A stretch of DNA of 50,981 nucleotides from Tubiluchus corallicola (taxonomy: Eukaryota; Animalia; Priapulida), in the NCBI GenBank assembly GCA_030141605.1, contig JAQGDQ010001268.1:1-50981 (forward strand). The letters are read 5' to 3'. Positions 40,429-50,981 of this stretch are shown here, piece by piece. The number at the start of each line of letters is the position of its first letter. Position 1 is the first letter of the stretch. A program made the position numbers and the translations under genes. The notes under the pieces are model-generated. The model was not told where the DNA came from. It saw nothing but the letters and a program-made list of their open reading frames with translations, and did no database searches.

Positions 40429-40506
<78 letters not shown>

Positions 40507-40507
40507 G

Positions 40508-40541
<34 letters not shown>

Positions 40542-40582
40542 TACACGTACACATACACATACACATACACATACACATACCC

Positions 40583-40667
<85 letters not shown>

Positions 40668-40670
40668 TAC
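40429..40670. repeat. (ACACAT)n hexamer microsatellite
   Basis: Direct reading. Confidence 0.9.
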
Positions 40671-41493
40671 GTATTATGATGTTGTGAAATAAATGTGTTA
40701 GTCATCAATCCAAATCTTATAGCTTTGTCATCAACTCACGCCAATAAACAGCTACTGTCACCTACATACGTACTACCACTATACAAACAAGCATATTAAT
40801 TTTACTATTACACTTGTATTTGTTTATGAATTTAAATTATTAAATTTTTGTGTTTAAAATGTTTTATGCCATTCGCATGCATGTTTAGGTACACTAAAAA
40901 TGGCAGCGCTTCTTGTATTACGTAGTTTGGAATTCCGCGTACTCTAGTTAGTAAATTATTTTCTGGGAAGAAAGTTCATAGATATCACTCGGATTAGACC
41001 TGATGTCATGTTGGTAACGATATTTTCTTATATTTTAATGATTATTTCCAGTTCGTGCTATATTTTTTTGTTCTTTGTGCTTAAGGTGTGCAATTATGCT
41101 GTTCTAAGATCTTGAGAAAACACTGGCAATTTTTCATGAACCAGAGCTCGGAGACATCATTGTCCCCGGGGCCATGGGCGGAATTAGGGGGAGCGAGGGG
41201 GCGCCCCCTGTCAAAATTTGCGCCTGCCCGGGGCTCAACCATCCTTCCACAGTCCTGACCTAAATTGCCGTCAAGCACATTGGTCTGTCGCTCTGCCTCA
41301 GCTGTGACGTAAGCGCGCCATTCGGGACAGCACTCACGCTGGATAACAACTGTCTTTAGTAAACAACATGACAACTAATGTCTAATCCTCAGATAAACTG
41401 ATTTGCAGAGTAGCAGCTGTTTTTACGCAGCAGAAATTAAAAGAAGTAACAGAAAAGTGACTTTTCAATTAAGTCCCACTTGCCTATGAACAT

Positions 41494-41933
41494 TAGGGGT
41501 GAGCATCGAACGTTCGAGTTCGAACATTCGAATGGAATTCGAACGCTCGAATTCGATTCGAACGAGTTTTTTTAGGTCGAACTCGATTCGAATCCAAAAC
41601 TATAGATTCGAATAATTCAGCACTTCAATCACACATGTTCCTGATCATTAAAACGATTGAAACATCATGCAATTAGCATAATTTAGCTGTGATTTCTGCA
41701 CACAATTTTAAACAAATTACTAGTCGTTTTATTGCAGAACAAAATCTAGTGATATGCATGATTTTTGTAAGACTAATTTTTGCTGGTGGTTCGAAAACTT
41801 GTTCGAAATTCTTTCAATCTCAATTCGAATTCGGTTCGAATTCGAAACACTGAAATTCGGTTCGATTCGAATTCGAAAGTCAGAAATTCTGTTCGATTCG
41901 AATTTGCTTTCTGGTAGAGAATGCTCACCCCTA
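41494..41933. mobile_element. hAT-type MITE, copy 4
   Basis: TIR TAGGGGTGAGCAT. Perfect TSD ATGAACAT (41486-41493 and 41934-41941). Confidence 0.92.
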
Positions 41934-43173
41934 ATGAACATACGTATATATCATGCCAGCAATATATTTTTTCTGTGTCAATTCTACCCCCTACTTGCAT
42001 TAAAGAAAAACCGGATGATTGTGTAAACATGAGTTCAGAATAAATGTATATTCTAAAATATTGAAAAATTTTGCATAAAGTAATTAATAGTTAAACAACC
42101 GAACAGGCCATCGCATAGTAAAGATTATCAACTTCGTGCAGCACTGCTGCTGCCATCTTGCTTCAAACTTTATAAACAAAAAAAACCGTGTACAAAGAGG
42201 ACGAACATGTTATGCTGCTTTACTGTCGAAACCGCTACCATTTAAGTAATTTCTCATTTATTTTGTGTGACATGATTTTACTTTGTTTAGAAGTGCATGA
42301 CGGTGTGTTGTAAACCTTTGTCAAAGTAACGAAAGTAATATTCGTTAATTGGGGAAAAAGCTTAGTGTGAAAGATATTGGTGAAGACGAAATTGAACACT
42401 GGTATAAACAACTAAACACAAGATTAAATATTTGCACAAACTAAAACACTTTTATTGCACTACATAGTTATATGTAACATGACTGCTACACTGAGGACCA
42501 GCGTGTCCTGCAGTGATCACGAATGAGTAGACAGTGGCTAGAAGTGGAATCTAGCCAGTTTATATATGTAAAGAACTATGCAAAAACATGGCTTCACATA
42601 TCCCATTACAGAAAAATAGGGGAGATACAGTGAGTTTGAATATTCATTGGAACATACAATTGCATTAAGGGGTGAATTCAACTAGTAAATGTTTAAAGTA
42701 ACGAATCAATAGATGGCAGCACCTAAATATACAGTTACAACTTTCACACTTAGATATGTATGATATTGTTTTAGCTATGTGTAGGTAGCATACTCAGTAG
42801 GAAATTTTCTTTCAGATATTAATTTTTTGTACAACTATAATACACTACTTTAGTTCATCACTGTTCATCCTGTAACAGCCATCATTAAAATGATGATATT
42901 TGCACCCAATTCTTATAATCATGATTCAAAAACATAAAATCATATTAAAATGTTCCATCAAAATACACATGCAACAAAACTAAAATTCATTAAATTTAAT
43001 TTACTTTGAAATGTGCACATAAGTTCAGAAACTAAATTTACTGTAAACAAAAATTTAGAGAGTACAACAACAGCTACAAACAAGTTATTATAATATTATA
43101 TTATCTTATTATAATTTCACCTCAGACTTAAACTGGCTAAGGTAAGATAGGCCTATTTTGTACAGACACAGGG

Positions 43174-43516
43174 CACACACCACACACACACACGCACGCA
43201 CACACACGCACAGACACGCACACACACGCACACACGCACACACACACACACACGCGCACACACACACGCACATACACGCACACACACGCACATACATACA
43301 TGCATTTCATTGTTAGTAGATAACGGTCATGACTGTGATGAAAGCGACGAAGACGATATTAACAGTAATTAAAGCCACAATAATAATAACAATAATAGGA
43401 ATAATATCGATGACGATGACGGCGATGTTAATGATGGTGACAATGATGACGGTGATAATGTTGACCACGATGATGGTGACGATGACGACGACGATCATGA
43501 TGATGACGATGATGAC

Positions 43517-43568
<52 letters not shown>

Positions 43569-43585
43569 GCAGTAGTAATGGTCAT
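43174..43585. repeat. (CA)n and (GAT)n microsatellites
   Basis: Direct reading. Confidence 0.85.
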
Positions 43586-44039
43586 GGTTTTCTGTTTAAA
43601 CAAAGAAATAAGGAGCCGTAAATCTAATAACGCAAGTTGAGAACTTATACTCGCCCTACTCGCTATGACGTGAATTTTACCAGCAATTAAGAGCCCCCAT
43701 GTCGTACTTAGTGGAGCGAATTCACCTGCCGTGATTTCACTAAACAGTTGTGCAATATGCAGGTGAATTTAACTTAAACATTAGGTAACCCGCACACTTG
43801 CGACCCGAGCTTTAGCAGCAAATAGAAACGCCCACACATGGATCATACATAAACAGTCCTAAAACGATGTTTGTTACTGGCCATTAAACCATTATAGGGG
43901 CCAGTTAACGGATAGACCTTTATAGGGGCCACTTTACAGCACATAATATAAAGGCTACATCAAGACGACTCCTGATCTGGAACATTCCTACTGGAAGAGG
44001 GATACGTCATTAGCTTTGGTTGTTTTTCTGAACAGAAAG

Positions 44040-47102
<3,063 letters not shown>

Positions 47103-47228
47103 GAATATTGCAGTGCATAAAAATGGCGTCATTATTCTCTTAGTAAACAAACTAAATTACTGATAAGAATGGAATTAAATTAAATTAAGGTTAATTAGCT
47201 TAAACATAGTTTATTTGATTAGATTAGT

Positions 47229-47278
47229 CAGAGAAAGAGAGAGAGAGGGGGGAGAGTGAGGGAGAGAGAGAAAGATCT

Positions 47279-47315
<37 letters not shown>

Positions 47316-47602
47316 AAGAGAGAGAGGGGGAGAGTGAGGGAGAGAGAGAATGACAGAGAGAGAGAGAGAGATAGAAAGAGAGTTAGAGAGAGAGAAAGAG
47401 AAAGAGAAAGAGAGAGAGACAGAGAGAGAGAGAGAGGGAGAGAGAGAGAGGGGGAGAGAGAGAAACAGAGAGAGAGGGGGGAGGGGAGGTTGAGAGAGAG
47501 AGGGGGAGGGAGGGGGGAGAGAGTGAGAGAGAGGGGGGAGAGAGAGGGAGAGAGAGAAAGAGAGAGAGGGAAAGAGAGATAGGGGGAGAGAAAGAGAGAG
47601 AA

Positions 47603-47632
<30 letters not shown>
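47229..47632. repeat. (GA)n-rich tract inserted downstream of copy 3
   Basis: Absent at the equivalent position of copies 1 and 2. Confidence 0.85.
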
Positions 47633-47633
<1 letters not shown>

Positions 47634-48019
47634 TTATATTTTAAAACTGGTTGATGTATCCTTATCAGACCTTGCGTTAGAGATCTAAACGTACGTTGAT
47701 TTCGTATAATCTGAATTAATGATAAATTATTAACTATTGTCGTAGTTAGAACTTATTTTTCTTTTCAAACTTGGAAATTTGTTTAATGTTAGGTGATTTT
47801 AAAATTAATTGTCAGGTGATAGAATGTCAGGTGATTAATATTAATTGATGGTAAATAAAATTGGTTAAAAATAAATTTATTTGAAGTTCGTTTTATGTTC
47901 AAATATTTCAAAGTTTGTAAATATTTGTTGAAAATGTTTTTCCAAGAGAGACGAAGTCACCATATAAGCATACACACATTAATATATGCAAAAGTTATAA
48001 ATAGCGTAAAGGTACGACT

Positions 48020-48555
48020 CCATGCGTACGTAATGCGTGATGCGTGATCCGTAATGCGTATACAACAGTTGGTATTTAAACACGTAGAAGTGTTTCCATG
48101 CGTACCTAATGCGTGATCCGCAATGCGTATACAACAGTTGGTATTTAAACACGTAGAAGTGTTTCCATGCGTACCTAATGCGTGATGCGTGATCCGCAAT
48201 GCGTATACAACAGTTGGTATTTAAACACGTAGAAGTGTTTCCATGCGTACCTAATGCGTGATGCGTGATCCGTAATGCGTATACAACAGTTGGTATTTAA
48301 ACATGTCGAAGTGTTTCCATGTGTACGTGATGCGTGATCCGTAATGCGTATACAACAGTTGCTATTTAAACACGTAGAAGTGTTTCCCTGTGTACGTAAT
48401 GCGTGATCCGTAATGCGTATGCAACAGTTGCTATTTAAACACGTAGAAGTGTTTCCATGAGTACGCAATGCGTGATGCGTGATCCGTAATGCAACAGTTG
48501 GTATTTAAACCTGTAGATTTGTTTCCATGTGTACGTAATCCGTAATGCGTGATCC
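48020..48555. repeat. ~69-76-bp tandem repeat (same family as 28686-29612)
   Basis: Direct reading. Confidence 0.88.
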
Positions 48556-48674
48556 GTATTCATGCGCACGTGATTATTCTCGTCCGAATACGCATGACGC
48601 AGCAATACCCTGACGGGAAATCGCCGTTGCCTATGTGATTATAGCGAGTTTTCGAGTTTCCCGTATCGTTTAAA

Positions 48675-50573
48675 ACTCTCAGCAACTTGCCGAGAGAACT
48701 CGCAAAATCGTTCACACTTGCGAGTTTACTTTCAGAGAAAACTCTCGAAGAATATGCAATAACTTGTCGAGAAAACTCGCAAAATCGTTCACACTTGCGA
48801 GTTTACTTTCAGAGAGAACTCTCAGCAACTCTCGGAGAATTTGCAATAACTTGTCGAAAGAACTCGCAAAATCGTTCACACTTGCAAGCTTACTCTCAGA
48901 GAGAACTTTCAGCAACTCTCGGAGAATTTGCAATAACTTGTCGAAAGAACTCGCAAAATCGTTCACACTTGCGTGTTTACTCTCAGAGAGAACTTTCAGC
49001 AACTCTCGGAGAATTTGCAATAACTTGTCGAGAGAACTCGCAAAATCGTTCACACTTGCGAGTTTACTTTCAGAGAGAACTCTCAGCAACTCTCGGAGAA
49101 TTTGCAATAACTTGTCGAAAGAACTCGCAAAATCGTTCACACTTGCAAGCTTACTCTCAGAGAGAACTTTCAGCAACTCTCGGAGAATTTGCAATAACTT
49201 GTCGAAAGAACTCGCAAAATCGTTCACACTTGCGTGTTTACTCTCAGAGACAACTCTCGGAGAATTTGCAATAACTTGTCGAGAGAACTCGCAAAATCGT
49301 TCACACTTGCGAGTTTACTTTCAGAGAGAACTCTCAGCAACTCTCGGAGAATTTGCAATAACTTGTCGAAAGAACTCGCAAAATCGTTCACACTTGCAAG
49401 CTTACTCTCAGAGAGAACTTTCAGCAACTCTCGGAGAATTTGCAATAACTTGTCGAAAGAACTCGCAAAATCGTTCACACTTGCGTGTTTACTCTCAGAG
49501 ACAACTCTCGGAGAATTTGCAATAACTTGTCGAGAGAACTCGCAAAATCGTTCACACTTGCGAGTTTACTTTCAGAGAGAACTGTCAGTAACTCTCGGAG
49601 AATTTGCAATAACTTGTCGAAAGAACTCGCAAAATCGTTCACACTTGCAAGCTTACCCTCAGAGAGAACTTTCAGCAACTCTCGGAGAATTTGCAATAAC
49701 TTGTCAAAAGAACTCGCAAAATCGTTCACACTTGCCTGTTTACTCTCAGAGACAACTTTCAGCAACTCTCGGAGAATTTGCAATAACTTGTCAAAAGAAC
49801 TCGCAAAATCGTTCACACTTGCGTGTTTACTCTCAGAAACAACTCTCGGAGAATTTGCAATAACTTGTCGAGAGAACTCGCAAAATCGTTCACACTTGCG
49901 TGTTTACTCTCAGAGACAACTCTCGGAGAATTTGCAATAACTTGTCGAGAGAACTCGCAAAATCGTTCACACTTGCGAGTTTACTTTCAGAGAGAACTCT
50001 CAGCAACTCTCGGAGAATTTGCAATAACTTGTCGAAAGAACTCGCAAAATCGTTCACACTTGCAAGCTTACTCTCAGAGAGAACTTTCAGCAACTCTCGG
50101 AGAATTTGCAATAACTTGTCGAAAGAACTCGCAAAATCGTTCACACTTGCGTGTTTACTCTCAGAGACAACTCTCGGAGAATTTGCAATAACTTGTCGAG
50201 AGAACTCGCAAAGTCGTTCACACTTGCGAGTTTACTTTCAGAGACAACTCTCGGAGAATTTGCAATAACTTGTCGAAAGAACTCGCAAAATCGTTCACAC
50301 TTGCAAGCTTACTCTCAGAGAGAACTTTCGGCAACTCTCGGAGAATTTGCAATAACTTGTCGAAAGAACTCGCAAAATCGTTCACACTTGCGTATTTACT
50401 CTCAGAGACAACTCTCGGAGAATTTGCAATAACTTGTCGAGAGAACTCGCAAAATCGTTCACACTTGCGAGTTTACTTTCAGAGAGAACTCTCAGCAACT
50501 CTCGGAGAATTTGCAATAACTTGTCGAGAGAACTCGCAAAATCGTTCACACTTGCAAACTTACTCTCAGAGAA
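48675..50573. repeat. 87/77-bp satellite with a trimeric higher-order unit
   Basis: Variants ...GCGAGTTTACTTT / ...GCAAGCTTACTCT / ...GCGTGTTTACTCT cycle in order, with 261- or 251-bp periods. Confidence 0.92.
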
Positions 50574-50981
50574 AAATCTCTAAAAAGGAGAATTCGCAAT
50601 GGATTTTTACGAAACACAAGTTTAAATTTTGAACAATGGTTCATTCGAATTCTAAAACCAATTTAAACAATGAGGTAACGTTTTAAACGTTCCATTTACT
50701 GTCGAGTCTTTTTTCAATCTTTGCGACTGAAGTTCAACTAGAAGGTTAATTAATCAGCTGTTTTGAAGTGAAAAAAATGAATTTATTGCTACTTTATCTC
50801 AGTTTATCTGTCATGAGTGTCAAAGGAAGTAAGTACGTTTAGTTGTAAAGCTGATTTTCAAATTTTGAGTATGGAATTAAAATAGCATAAGATGTAGTTA
50901 GTACTTTCTTACTTACAAATGATCATGCACATCATTACTTGTCTAGCTAATTTATTTATCTACCTACTTACCTACCTACCT

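Noticed and set aside
42400-42739. Possible solo LTR (TG...CA, minus-strand AATAAA)
   Set aside because: No matching terminal inverted repeat or TSD found.
48687-50632. Repeat-protein ORFs in the terminal satellite
   Set aside because: Overlapping ORFs in several frames, broken by recurrent 10-bp deletions; best explained as non-coding satellite.

Overview
AT-rich, repeat-dense animal genomic DNA; the embedded 5S sequence looks lophotrochozoan/mollusc-like (inference). Host genes: (1) a minus-strand multi-exon leucine-rich-repeat gene made of four large paralogous exons joined by phase-1 introns (13092 to 6790, 3' end uncertain); (2) three paralogous 3-exon genes for small secreted single-IGFBP-domain proteins (20921-23156 intact, 24510-28047 broken by a 77-bp deletion, 44040-47102 intact); (3) a single-coding-exon heparan sulfate 3-O-sulfotransferase-like gene (36572-37507) with altered active-site residues, flanked by sequence shared with the IGFBP-like cassette. 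The rest is mobile and repetitive DNA: a long CR1/L2-like LINE with a 2A-like peptide, several LINE fragments, a 5S-rRNA-headed SINE with TSDs, hAT-type and piggyBac-type MITEs, a deleted pogo element, and many micro/minisatellites. One 133-bp satellite is the tandemly amplified catalytic core (PQG...YADD) of a reverse transcriptase. All calls were made by eye, without database searches.
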